From Bdellovibrionales bacterium (lineage in GTDB: Bacteria > Bdellovibrionota > FAC87 > UBA2466), in the NCBI GenBank assembly GCA_005776395.1, contig SXPJ01000103.1, positions 64,695 to 128,694 on the forward strand: DNA of 64,000 nt, written 5' to 3'. A program made the position numbers and the translations under genes. Below are positions 1 through 9,095 of this stretch, one piece after another; the first letter of the stretch is position 1, and each line of letters begins with the position of its first letter. Below the pieces are notes generated by a model. The model made no database searches. It was given only the letters and a program-made list of their open reading frames with translations, and had not been told where the DNA came from.

Positions 1-294
1 AATGATGCTGCTAAAACTAAAAAGCAACAAGAGTTACAAAAGAAGTTTATGGAGCTTCAAAAAGAGGCTGCAGATAGTCAGATGGATCTCCAGAAAAGAG
101 AGAGAGAATTAACTAAGCCTATCATGGATGAATTAAGAGCTGTGATTGAAGGTATCGGTAAAGACAAAGGGCTAACTCTTATTCTTGAGAGAAATGAAGG
201 TGCAGTTCTATTCACTCAAGGTGGAGAAGATTTAACCGATCAGGTGATTGAAAAGTTTAATTCTACTCGTAAACCTGGAAAAAAGAGTAACTAG
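1..294 (+). CDS. skp: Skp/OmpH-family periplasmic chaperone, C-terminal part (5' end lies outside the window)
   Basis: Frame 1 is open from nt 1 (NDAAKTKKQQELQKKFMELQKEAADSQMDLQKRERELTKPIMDELRAVIEG...); KE/Q-rich coiled coil and a C-terminal tail typical of OmpH/Skp. Confidence 0.55.
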   Translation, partial: NDAAKTKKQQELQKKFMELQKEAADSQMDLQKRERELTKPIMDELRAVIEGIGKDKGLTLILERNEGAVLFTQGGEDLTDQVIEKFNSTRKPGKKSN

Positions 295-307
295 TTTTCT
301 ATAGGTT

Positions 308-568
308 TTATAAAACCAACAGACTCAATACTAAAATGGTGAGGGCTGCTAAGACTCTTAAGGTCCAGTCCTCGCTTAGTTCATTTTGAAGATTTTGAAC
401 CCAACTTGATTTCGTAAGTATAATTTGAGATGAAGCTCCTGATCGAGTAACTGTAGTTGACTGGGATTTCATCTGAACTGAATCTTCTTTATTTGAAGAC
501 CCGGGTGTTGCTAAGGTTGATGTGGGTGTTGAGATGATAATTTCTGTTGTTTTGTCGTCGTGGATCAC
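308..568 (-). CDS. hypothetical small Ser/Thr-rich protein with a C-terminal hydrophobic anchor
   Basis: 86-aa ORF with a C-terminal TM-like segment (LAALTILVLSLLVL). No recognisable domain and it may be spurious. Confidence 0.25.
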   Translation of the reverse strand: MIHDDKTTEIIISTPTSTLATPGSSNKEDSVQMKSQSTTVTRSGASSQIILTKSSWVQNLQNELSEDWTLRVLAALTILVLSLLVL

Positions 569-591
569 AGTTATAAACCCTCTTTAATCAA

Positions 592-1338
592 TTATCTAGA
601 ATAGTAATTTAGAATTCTTCCAGAAGGCGAATTTCCGATCTTTACATCTACACATCCAAAAAGCCTATTATTTGAAACGTAAGTAGCACAACTAGTTCCG
701 ATATTTAGACGAATTGAGTCTTGGCTCATTTGTGTTGTGGGATAAGGCTGGTAAGAGCCAGGGTATCCGCTAAAGGGGTTATAAAGAGGGACTTGAATAG
801 TTCCCGTTAAGCTCATCGAGATAGTTCCGTTACTCATGTTGTAGGTCCCTGGATTAGAGCCCGCGGCTCCGACATTATTTGAGTTTACGCAGATGTTGTA
901 ATTGGTATTGGTTTGGTTTCCCAAGATAAGAGCTAGGTCTGGAAATACAAAGGATCCGCTTCCCACCACACTTTGAATCCATGTTCCAGGGCCTGAGTAA
1001 TTAATAAAGGAGAGAGCCAGGGTGAGTGAATTGGGATTTCCCCATACTCCAGATCCTGAGGAGGTCGATTGTAAGGAGCCAGAGAACGGTGAACCGTTCT
1101 GATTTAGCGGAACCCCTCCAGCTAATATCGGGCATTGGGTTCCTTGCACAGTGGGGGTTCCTGGAGCAGGAGTTCCTGGAGCAGGAGTTCCTGGAGCAGG
1201 AGTTCCTGGAGCAGGTATAGGCGTTGACGGAGCAGGCGCTGAGGGTGAATTTTTTCCCCCACCACATCCGACTAGAAGGGAAGCGATACCTACAAAAAAG
1301 GCTATTTTTAACCCATTAAACAAAGCTGGTTTTTTCAT
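592..1338 (-). CDS. lipoprotein with a (GTPAP)4 proline-rich linker
   Basis: Signal peptide plus lipobox (LLVGC), then PAPGTPAPGTPAPGTPAPGTP. The ATG overlaps the upstream gene's stop (TAATG). The preceding GGAGG sits inside the 3' end of the upstream gene. Confidence 0.6.
   Translation of the reverse strand: MKKPALFNGLKIAFFVGIASLLVGCGGGKNSPSAPAPSTPIPAPGTPAPGTPAPGTPAPGTPTVQGTQCPILAGGVPLNQNGSPFSGSLQSTSSGSGVWGNPNSLTLALSFINYSGPGTWIQSVVGSGSFVFPDLALILGNQTNTNYNICVNSNNVGAAGSNPGTYNMSNGTISMSLTGTIQVPLYNPFSGYPGSYQPYPTTQMSQDSIRLNIGTSCATYVSNNRLFGCVDVKIGNSPSGRILNYYSR
1157..1216. repeat. 15-bp tandem repeat (gttcctggagcagga) x4 inside the lipoprotein gene, encoding (GTPAP)n on the minus strand
   Basis: Four consecutive copies read directly from the sequence; the last copy diverges at its final base. 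Confidence 0.85.
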
Positions 1339-2093
1339 TATTCCTCCGAAAGTACTGCAATATTGTTAAAAGAATTTGTAAAGTTTCCAAGTCGTTTAAC
1401 TTGGGAATTTGAAGTGCTCATGTAGTTACGACATGGGGTGACTGTATCGACTGGAGTTGAGTATCCAGGGCATGTTTGTCCGTCAATGGGTGTAAAAGGA
1501 TAAGAGCCCCAGGGATAGGTTACAGTGCAGGTGAGTCTAACCTCTTTACAGGCAGTATCTTGAGGTTGTCTTAGCCGATAGTACAGGGCTCCGAAGAAGG
1601 TTTGGTTAAGTACCACACCTTGAGTTCTAACGACGAGATCATCGTCCGCAAAAATGATATCTATATTTTTCCCGTCGGCAGAAGAGGTTTGAGTTCCTGT
1701 TCCTACAAAAGCGTTATCCCATGCAGCGGCCCAAAATCCGCCTTGATCTTCAAAGGCGATAAAAAGCTTGCCCTGAATTGATTGAGAACGGGTATTGGTG
1801 ACTCTGAACCTGACTTTGGCATCTCCCACAATAGGGCGAGTGATATTTCCTGGCTGTCCAGCTGAACCTGTAATATCCACTAACCCAGAATAGTTAATCT
1901 TATCGACTAGGTCGATGGGAACACTAGATCTTAACTCTTCGCCGAAAGGATCCGAAGCGGGGGGATCAACCGGGACAATGGGAGAGGTATCCCCATTAGG
2001 AGGAATAACAGGTGAGTTTGAGCTCGAAGACTTGGAGCATCCCACTGCGAATAAACATAGGAATAAACCTAATTTGATAATATGCCGTTTCAA
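1338..2093 (-). CDS. lipoprotein (secreted, unknown function)
   Basis: Signal peptide plus lipobox (LFAVGCS). TTG start preceded by GGAGGAAG with an 8-nt spacer. Its stop overlaps the start of the downstream lipoprotein gene by 1 nt. Confidence 0.5.
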   Translation of the reverse strand: MKRHIIKLGLFLCLFAVGCSKSSSSNSPVIPPNGDTSPIVPVDPPASDPFGEELRSSVPIDLVDKINYSGLVDITGSAGQPGNITRPIVGDAKVRFRVTNTRSQSIQGKLFIAFEDQGGFWAAAWDNAFVGTGTQTSSADGKNIDIIFADDDLVVRTQGVVLNQTFFGALYYRLRQPQDTACKEVRLTCTVTYPWGSYPFTPIDGQTCPGYSTPVDTVTPCRNYMSTSNSQVKRLGNFTNSFNNIAVLSEE

Positions 2094-2543
2094 CTTTCAC
2101 TTCCTCCGAAACAAACGTCAACAACCACACCACGAGGCATCTCAATAGAGTGTTTAATTGCTTAAAGCAAAGCAAGCCACTCTTCGAGCATTTGGGGGAA
2201 ATGCAAAGAAAATACCACTCTGGATTGAGCCTGAAATTGAGAGAAATCAAGTTGTCGCTTTAAAAAAATGTTGGAAAGTTTGACAGTATTGGCTAAAGGC
2301 GTGAGTGGGTTAAGGGTAAGGAAAGTCCAAATGAGCCTAGAGAAAGGCTCTTTAGAAGGGTTTATAACTGTCTATTGTTTAATCAATCGTAGGACTCAAA
2401 AAAGGGTTCTATAAAAATGGAAGAGCTTAAAGCTCTACTTTCTACTGGGCTTGGCCTATTCAGTTCTTTAAATAATTACTCGCCTAGGGTTTTGTTTAGT
2501 GTTATTTTCTTTAGTGAAATAGTACTTTTTTCTGGAGGAATTT

Positions 2544-2882
2544 ATGTCCTATATTGTGACCCAGCACTGTGTTGATTGTAAATATACCGATTGTGTTGCC
2601 GTGTGTCCGGTTGATGCTTTTCATGAAGGGGATAGAATCCTCTATATTAACCCTGATACCTGCGTTAACTGTGATGCTTGTGTTCCAGCTTGCCCCGTAG
2701 AAGCAATTTACGCGGAAGAAAATCTGCCCAGTAAATTTCAAGCCTATATTGAGATCAATCGTGAAGGTTGTGTTTCAAATCCAGTGATTAACCAAAAAAA
2801 AGATCCTATGCCTTCAGCCAAGCCGCTTGATGAATTGAAAAAAATGGACGAACAGGGTTACGTTCCATCTAATTGGCCTTAA
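2544..2882 (+). CDS. fdxA: 7Fe ferredoxin ([3Fe-4S][4Fe-4S], FdxA type)
   Basis: CVDCKYTDCVAVCPVDAF ... CVNCDACVPACPVEAI cysteine motifs; GGAGG 5 nt upstream of the ATG. Confidence 0.9.
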   Translation: MSYIVTQHCVDCKYTDCVAVCPVDAFHEGDRILYINPDTCVNCDACVPACPVEAIYAEENLPSKFQAYIEINREGCVSNPVINQKKDPMPSAKPLDELKKMDEQGYVPSNWP

Positions 2883-2923
2883 TTAAGATTTAGATAGCTA
2901 GTAGGGCATTTGTTTTTTAATAA

Positions 2924-2967
2924 GAGGCTCATTGAAAGATTCAACTTTCAGTGGGCTTTTTATTTTT
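2924..2967 (+). terminator. putative intrinsic terminator downstream of fdxA
   Basis: About 12-bp stem (ggctcattgaaag / ctttcagtgggc, with two G-U pairs) followed by cttttttatttttc. Confidence 0.4.
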
Positions 2968-3193
2968 CATTGCGATAAAAGTCCATTTTTTGTCAGATAA
3001 TCGTCAATGGTTTTTACATTATTCTTAGGGGATTCAAGGGTTCTGTATTCTGTGTTTTACAAATGATAAGTGACCGCATTCTAAAGGTTTAATCTGATAA
3101 ATTAAGAAGTATCTCACCTGGCATTTTTTATGCTTTAGCTATTACCTAATAGAGAACTCATTTTAAGAGTGAGAGTTCAAGCTGAGGTGTTTT

Positions 3194-3751
3194 GTGAGTA
3201 GAATTCAGAACAGTCGTTGTAAAGGGTTTTCATTAATTCTTATTTTAAGCCTAGTTTTTTTTATGCTAAGTGAAGAAAGAGCTGAGGCACGTGGACGTAG
3301 GGGATCCTTACTTCGAAGAGCCTTTTTCGGAAGAGAATTTAAACCGGCTTCTAAAAGAAAGGGAGCCCGTTGTTGCTCTCGTGCTAATCGATTGGGTAGA
3401 GACAAACAGAAATTTAATCGTTTTGATGATTTCGATCGTTTGGCTTTAGCTAGACAAGCGGTTGATCCATTTTCAAGTTTAGCTCTAGATCCTACGGGAG
3501 ATATCTCTCGCCTAGGGGGATTGGAAGGGCTTCGTGAGCTTCAAAGGATTGGAACTAGTAATATCGCTGTGAATGAACGGGGAGAGTTTTTTGAACAGTT
3601 AAATAGTGATTCCCTGAGTACCGATAGGCCGCTTATTTTTAACGACGGGAAAATTCTGGGAGGATCTGTAGTTCCTCTTAGAGATGACACTCTCGAGCAG
3701 GTACGACTTCTCAATGCGTCTAATAGTCTGCGATTTTTGGGACGTAGATAA
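3194..3751 (+). CDS. hypothetical secreted protein (RRAFFGR motif after the signal peptide)
   Basis: N-terminal hydrophobic segment and no known domain. Start is uncertain: a non-ATG codon at 3194 or the ATG at 3263. A T8 run lies in the signal-peptide codons. Confidence 0.4.
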   Translation: MSRIQNSRCKGFSLILILSLVFFMLSEERAEARGRRGSLLRRAFFGREFKPASKRKGARCCSRANRLGRDKQKFNRFDDFDRLALARQAVDPFSSLALDPTGDISRLGGLEGLRELQRIGTSNIAVNERGEFFEQLNSDSLSTDRPLIFNDGKILGGSVVPLRDDTLEQVRLLNASNSLRFLGRR

Positions 3752-4146
3752 TAAAATACCTTGGAATTTTTATTATGCCAGTGTCCTAATACAACTTGCT
3801 GATTTGCAAAAGTAACCCGCCGTTATTTCTCCTCCTAAGGTGTAATCTTCATCTTTAGACTATTTGTATTATATGCTTTCTTATGAAAACCAACTCTTTA
3901 CTAATCAGCATAAAAAATATTGAAAAAATGTAAAAATGGGTTCTGATTTTATCTCTGTAAATAATTTAGACAGTATTCCTAAGGTATTAAATTCACATTA
4001 AGAATTATCTATTCTAACTAAGAGGCCTGAACCATTTCTGAATTATACTGAATACAGATTAGCTTCGATTTTGGCCTTCTACATGCATTTATTCTAATAA
4101 AGTGGTGTTGTATTGTGCGGAGATTGAAAGATAGTGGTTTAAGAAT

Positions 4147-5868
4147 ATGAAGTTGAGTCAAAGTGGAATAATGAAAGTTTTATTAGGAATACTTATTTTA
4201 CTTCAAACGACCCCATCGCACGGCTTTTTTTTTCGTCGGCTTTTTGGCCGAAGGCCAGTTTTGAATAGAGGCGTTCCCAATAATAATTTTGTTTCTCAAC
4301 GTCGTGGTGCTCAACAAAATAACAGGGCCGGTAATAATGGCAATAATAACCAGATTAATAATAATAATCTTGAAGAGATTGCAGGATTCTCAAATCTTCT
4401 TAAAAATGGAAACGCTTTAGTAGAGAGAAATGCACGGGGTGAAGTTCGCCGTCTATTTATCGATGGTGGAGGAAATCTTTTGGGAGCCTCCGAAGTGGAT
4501 ACTGTAAGACAGGCAAGAGAGTTTTTTCTTTTAAATCGAGACAACTTTAATGCAGGTCAGAAACAAATTGTAGATCGATTCCTAGCCCGCAATGGGGGAA
4601 TCTCAAACGGAAGATTTACTTTTGATCTGAAAAATATGATTTTACCTGAAGGGGTTCCTCCTGAGAGAGCTTTAGAGGCTGCTTTAGCTTCACTTAACTA
4701 TCTTTTAAATACGATTCAGACCAATGTAAGACTTAAAATTCCTCCTTCTAGTATCAAACCTGATGGGAGTGTGGATCTAGATCTCTCCCCATTTTTGCGC
4801 GGAGAGGCCTTAGCTTTGCTCCAGGCTGCAGATTCTACTTCCGCCTGTACCGGGAAGTTTAGATTAGATAGGGTTATTTCATTCGCAATGGATCCTAACA
4901 ATTATTATAAGTTTATCAATGCTCCTAAAACTCGAGCTGAAGTCTCTCAAGCTATCGGAGTGGAAGAGGATAAAACCCGAACTTCAGGTAATAAAATTCT
5001 GATAGGAACTAACCGAGATGGAGAGTTCGAATCTGGAGTGACCCGAAATCTTCGAGTCCTAGAGGTTCAATCTAGCCAAAGAGTTCCTGGGAGCTCCTGT
5101 TACCGTAGTTTAGATGTGATCGATCGAAATGCTCCTGGAGGGCAGTCCGCTTCAAGAGACGTTCGTCAGAAAGGGATATTTTTTACCCATGATGCTGAGG
5201 AGTGGCTTTGTTTAGGCAGAAACGGGATGATGCAGGGATTTCTATTTAACGCAAAAGGGGATCTTTTAGCTCGAGCTCCTGCAGAAATCGCAACCGGGGC
5301 TCTAGGCACTGTAGGCCCTGCCATTTCAGCAGTAACCGCATGTCTTGATTGTCATGCTAATGGTTTTATTGGAGGGGGCGCCATTAAAGATGGTGGAGGT
5401 AAGACTTATACCGATCGTTTAAATGATATTCCTAATACCGATACCGTATTTAGAAATAGTCTCGGTTCTACTTTGAGACACAGAGATTTTTTCACCTCTA
5501 ATGCTAACTATGCTCAACGAGCTCAACGTGATAGTCAAAAATTTTTAGAGGCTCAACGAGCGACAGGTTCATTTTTTAGCATTGATGGAAGAAATGCCTT
5601 TCCATTGCTACCTAAGATAGTTCGTAAATTTGATGATCCTATGAAAGCTCAAGATATTGCTAGAACCTTAGGGGTCTCAGAAGCTGCGGCTAAAACGATT
5701 ATTCCTGCAGGTGAAAATGCGATTGATAGAAATAGCTTTGAAAGTAAGTTCTGTAATTTAAGATCGGGTTCAACTCTTGAGATCAATGAAAGCCAAAATC
5801 GAGATCTCTTTAACCGTGAACGACGTCAAAATCAGCCCTCCTCTAGTGGCGGTACACACTTGCGATAA
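4147..5868 (+). CDS. hypothetical secreted protein: Asn/Gln-rich low-complexity N-region and a single CxxCH motif
   Basis: Signal peptide, then GFFFRRLFGRR, an N-rich tract (NNGNNNQINNNN) and TACLDCHANGFIGGG. A T9 run encodes the FFF. Confidence 0.5.
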   Translation: MKLSQSGIMKVLLGILILLQTTPSHGFFFRRLFGRRPVLNRGVPNNNFVSQRRGAQQNNRAGNNGNNNQINNNNLEEIAGFSNLLKNGNALVERNARGEVRRLFIDGGGNLLGASEVDTVRQAREFFLLNRDNFNAGQKQIVDRFLARNGGISNGRFTFDLKNMILPEGVPPERALEAALASLNYLLNTIQTNVRLKIPPSSIKPDGSVDLDLSPFLRGEALALLQAADSTSACTGKFRLDRVISFAMDPNNYYKFINAPKTRAEVSQAIGVEEDKTRTSGNKILIGTNRDGEFESGVTRNLRVLEVQSSQRVPGSSCYRSLDVIDRNAPGGQSASRDVRQKGIFFTHDAEEWLCLGRNGMMQGFLFNAKGDLLARAPAEIATGALGTVGPAISAVTACLDCHANGFIGGGAIKDGGGKTYTDRLNDIPNTDTVFRNSLGSTLRHRDFFTSNANYAQRAQRDSQKFLEAQRATGSFFSIDGRNAFPLLPKIVRKFDDPMKAQDIARTLGVSEAAAKTIIPAGENAIDRNSFESKFCNLRSGSTLEINESQNRDLFNRERRQNQPSSSGGTHLR

Positions 5869-5871
5869 AAG

Positions 5872-6294
5872 TTATTGTTTAATATTCTGATAATAATCAT
5901 GAAGCTCTAAGTCGAAAGGCTCTAGGTTATCGACTTTGGGGGAGTTTCTAAATTGAGATTTACATGAATAGCAACAGCCCACATTGCCTACTTTTTTATA
6001 GAGCCACGCATCGATAATCGTTACTAAGAGCAGAGAAATTCCATAGGTGAAGAAACTTAAACCTATTCCCACGGCTAGAAGGGTGATACCTAGCTTCCGA
6101 TTAAAGTCTTTTTGGCGATAGAGGTGAGCCGCTCCACAGTGTGGGCACTGATTGAATTGGAAAGATTCTTTAAAGAGTTCGGTAGCATTAGGAAAGATCT
6201 CTTTATGACAGTGAGTGCATGCCTTAAGTTCAAAAGAGGGGAGAGTAAATTCTTGGAAATGACGGCAGTGAGGACAAAAGCTTGAAAACTCCAT
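5872..6294 (-). CDS. zinc-ribbon membrane protein (four CxxC pairs plus two TM helices)
   Basis: CPHC..CTHC..CPHC then a TM hairpin then CYSC. Its ATG abuts the stop of the upstream gene, suggesting translational coupling. Confidence 0.45.
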   Translation of the reverse strand: MEFSSFCPHCRHFQEFTLPSFELKACTHCHKEIFPNATELFKESFQFNQCPHCGAAHLYRQKDFNRKLGITLLAVGIGLSFFTYGISLLLVTIIDAWLYKKVGNVGCCYSCKSQFRNSPKVDNLEPFDLELHDYYQNIKQ

Positions 6295-7074
6295 CTAGAG
6301 TGAGATTCCAAAAAAAGCTGCTAAATAGAGACTTAAAATTTCTCCGGTAACGATAAAGAGAACGACCACATAAAGGAGTCCAGTAGCCGATTGAGTAGAT
6401 CTGATTTTAACAGTGCCCCAAATGGGATAAGAGAGAGCCAAAGGGCCTAGAAGTCCCCAGCACCACCGCATTAAAACAAAAATCCCTGGAGAGGAGGAGA
6501 ATAGATATTTGTAAATTTCGGATTCGGATTTTCCTTGGATTAAGGTGTATAGACCATAGGTTCCAAAGCAAAATCTTAATACGATTAGAGCTACTAAAAC
6601 GATACAGATTCTTTTTAATTCATTGATAGAAAGCTTGGGCTGAACCAAATACCAGTGACCTAAGAGCATCGCATTCATGGAAAAGCCTAGAAGTAAGGTA
6701 GAAAGGCCCGCATTGATAATCATGGGAATATGAAGAGGGTAAGGATGGGTTGTTGTGACTTCAAGAACCAGGGCCCCTAGAATCGATAAAACTCCTAGAA
6801 AAAAAGAGGCCAGAGGGGTTCGATTTCTCTTACTGACCGTAACCGAGAAAAGAATAACAAATAGGCAAGAGGCGGCTAGCCAATAGGCCGCTTCAGGATC
6901 TAAGAAACTTCGTCCAGCCAAGAGGTAGCTTGCGAGTATAAGAGTGGCAATGCCAAGACCATGATAGATAAAATAACGACGGCCGAGTTGCTCCTGTCTT
7001 AGCACCCCAAAACTAATAAAGGTGCCCCCACTGAGATAGAAGAAAAAATCAAATATGACCTGTTTAATGCTCAC
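6295..7074 (-). CDS. polytopic integral membrane protein (about 8 TM), unknown function
   Basis: Hydropathy pattern only; no motif I recognise. Confidence 0.45.
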   Translation of the reverse strand: MSIKQVIFDFFFYLSGGTFISFGVLRQEQLGRRYFIYHGLGIATLILASYLLAGRSFLDPEAAYWLAASCLFVILFSVTVSKRNRTPLASFFLGVLSILGALVLEVTTTHPYPLHIPMIINAGLSTLLLGFSMNAMLLGHWYLVQPKLSINELKRICIVLVALIVLRFCFGTYGLYTLIQGKSESEIYKYLFSSSPGIFVLMRWCWGLLGPLALSYPIWGTVKIRSTQSATGLLYVVVLFIVTGEILSLYLAAFFGISL

Positions 7075-7164
7075 GGTGATTCCTATTAAGTTTCTATTCT
7101 TGTGCCTGTGCTAGCGGGCAAAGTCAAATTGACACCTAAATTGAAGACCCTCTAAGATAATCTA

Positions 7165-8046
7165 ATGATTAATGCACTTGTTAATATTAAGGGTCATATC
7201 TGTGCTCCGGAAGAGGCAAAGATATCGGTGTTTGATCGAGGCTTTTTGTTTGGAGATGGGGTTTACGAAACCGGACAGGCACTTGAGCGTTGTTGTTTAT
7301 TTTTAGAAGACCATTTAAACCGTTTAAGGAGATCGGCCGCTAAACTTCAGATTCCTATTCCCCTCACAGATTCAGCCCTTATTCAGGAAATCCATCGAAC
7401 GGCGAAGGCTTTTGGGCGTGATCAAGCCTATTTTAGAATTGTGCTTTCACGTGGAGTGGGGGAGGTTCTAGGATTAGAATCTTTCGATAATTTTAAACCT
7501 ACATGGATCATTATTTTTCAGCCTCTCTCTGAGAAACTGGAGCCTTTAAGAACTCATGGAATTAAACTTTTAACTTCAACGATAGTGAGAAATTCCTCCG
7601 CGGCTCAAGATCCCAATATTAAAACCAGTAATTATTTGAATAGTCTTCTTGCTCTTCAAGAGGTTAAGGCTAGAGGAGGCGAGGATGCTGTTCTTTGTGA
7701 TGCTCGCGGAAATGTGACAGAGGGTACGACCTTTAGCGTTTTTGGGATTGAAAATGGAAAAACGTTACTCACCGCCTCTCTTGAAGTGGGAATTCTAGAC
7801 AGTATTACTCGACGTTATATATTAGAATTGGGAAGGTCTTTCTTAAATATAGAGGAGGGATTTATTCCTTTAAATCGATTTAAAAACTGTGGAGAGGTAT
7901 TTATCGTTAGTAGTGTGAGGGAGATTGTTCCCGTAAGATCCTGGGATAATACGAACTATGAATTACCTGCCCCCATTACTGAAAAGTTGAAAAGTGGGTT
8001 TAAGGAAGTCATTAAAGGTTATATTAAAAATAGTCCTAAGTATTAA
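7165..8046 (+). CDS. class IV (fold-type IV) PLP aminotransferase (IlvE/Dat/PabC family)
   Basis: FDRGFLFGDGVYET, EGTTFSVF and NIKTSNYLNSLLA motifs. Confidence 0.8.
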   Translation: MINALVNIKGHICAPEEAKISVFDRGFLFGDGVYETGQALERCCLFLEDHLNRLRRSAAKLQIPIPLTDSALIQEIHRTAKAFGRDQAYFRIVLSRGVGEVLGLESFDNFKPTWIIIFQPLSEKLEPLRTHGIKLLTSTIVRNSSAAQDPNIKTSNYLNSLLALQEVKARGGEDAVLCDARGNVTEGTTFSVFGIENGKTLLTASLEVGILDSITRRYILELGRSFLNIEEGFIPLNRFKNCGEVFIVSSVREIVPVRSWDNTNYELPAPITEKLKSGFKEVIKGYIKNSPKY

Positions 8047-8078
8047 TATCTAACACCCTATAGGGTATTAGATATTAA
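8044..8078. terminator. bidirectional palindromic terminator between convergent genes
   Basis: atatctaacaccctatagggtattagatat is a 15-bp-arm palindrome with 1 mismatch, flanked by ttaa repeats, between the aminotransferase gene and etfA. Confidence 0.55.
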
Positions 8079-8100
8079 GTATTAAGAGCTAAATAATGGC

Positions 8101-9066
8101 TTAGGATTGACTCTTTAATTTTTTAAGTTCTTCTGTCAAAAGCGGTACCACTTCAAAAAGATCTCCCACAATGCCATAATCCGCTTTTTGGAAAATGGGA
8201 GCTTCAGGATCTTTGTTGATAGCGACAATGACTTTAGAAGTTCTCATACCCGCCAAGTGCTGGATGGCTCCAGAGATCCCACAGGCTATGTATAGCTTGG
8301 GGCTGACTGTTTTTCCAGTTTGGCCCACTTGCATGTTGTGAGGAGCATATCCTGCATCGACTGCAGCACGGCTAGCCCCGACGGCGGCCCCAATAGTAGC
8401 TGCACAGTCGGCTATGATTTTAAAGTTGTCGGCACTTTTTAAAGATCTCCCCCCGGAAATAATGATATCGGCTTCGGTGAGTTCTACTTTTTTAACTTGA
8501 GAGGCCACGGTATTGATCACTTTAGCTTTTACTAAACCGGGATCTGCATTTACTTTTTCCACTGACCCCGATTTGCTCCCTGTTTGCATTGCAAGCACAT
8601 TGGGTCTCACAGAAAACACTACAGGTATTCCAGTGAATTCAACTGTTTTGGAACATTTACCAGCATAAATGGGTCTGCGAATACTGATCTTGTCTCCTGA
8701 AAATTGGAAAGAGATACAGTCGACGGCAATTCCAGTTTTAAATTTAGCGGCGAGTCGGGGTAAGAAATCTTTTCCATGAGAGGTCGCTCCAGTCACAACG
8801 ACTGAAGGACTCTGAGTGGAAAGATACTGATATATGGCATTAGTGTAGGCTTCTGTGTTGTAATTATTTAGAGCTTCATGTTCTAGAACGATTACTTTAG
8901 TGGCTCCATGATTAACTAAGCTCTCAGTCGCCTTGCTTAGATCACCAAATCCCGGCAGGATAGCAGTGGCTGAAATTCCTTGACGACCTAACTCTGATAA
9001 AATCTCCAGAGAAACTCGTTTGACACTGCCCTCTTTTTGCTCTGCGATTAAGAAAACATTTCCCAT
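8101..9066 (-). CDS. etfA: electron transfer flavoprotein alpha subunit
   Basis: Family-typical C-terminal FAD-binding region ([17 protein letters not shown]). Confidence 0.9.
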   Translation of the reverse strand: MGNVFLIAEQKEGSVKRVSLEILSELGRQGISATAILPGFGDLSKATESLVNHGATKVIVLEHEALNNYNTEAYTNAIYQYLSTQSPSVVVTGATSHGKDFLPRLAAKFKTGIAVDCISFQFSGDKISIRRPIYAGKCSKTVEFTGIPVVFSVRPNVLAMQTGSKSGSVEKVNADPGLVKAKVINTVASQVKKVELTEADIIISGGRSLKSADNFKIIADCAATIGAAVGASRAAVDAGYAPHNMQVGQTGKTVSPKLYIACGISGAIQHLAGMRTSKVIVAINKDPEAPIFQKADYGIVGDLFEVVPLLTEELKKLKSQS

Positions 9067-9095
9067 AAATTCCTCTTTTTTAAAAAAATAAACCG

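Noticed and set aside
1001-1369. Track ORFs 1001..1267(-), 1026..1220(+) and 1151..1369(+), with repetitive translations (NSCSRNSCSRNS, EFLEQEFLEQ, GVPGAGVPGAG)
   Set aside because: They are alternative-frame read-throughs of the 15-bp tandem repeat inside the lipoprotein gene 592..1338. The lipoprotein frame has the signal peptide, lipobox and RBS.
4147-5868. Calling the 573-aa secreted protein a c-type cytochrome
   Set aside because: There is only a single CxxCH in 573 residues, with no second haem motif or Met/His ligand context I can verify. It is kept as a motif observation only.
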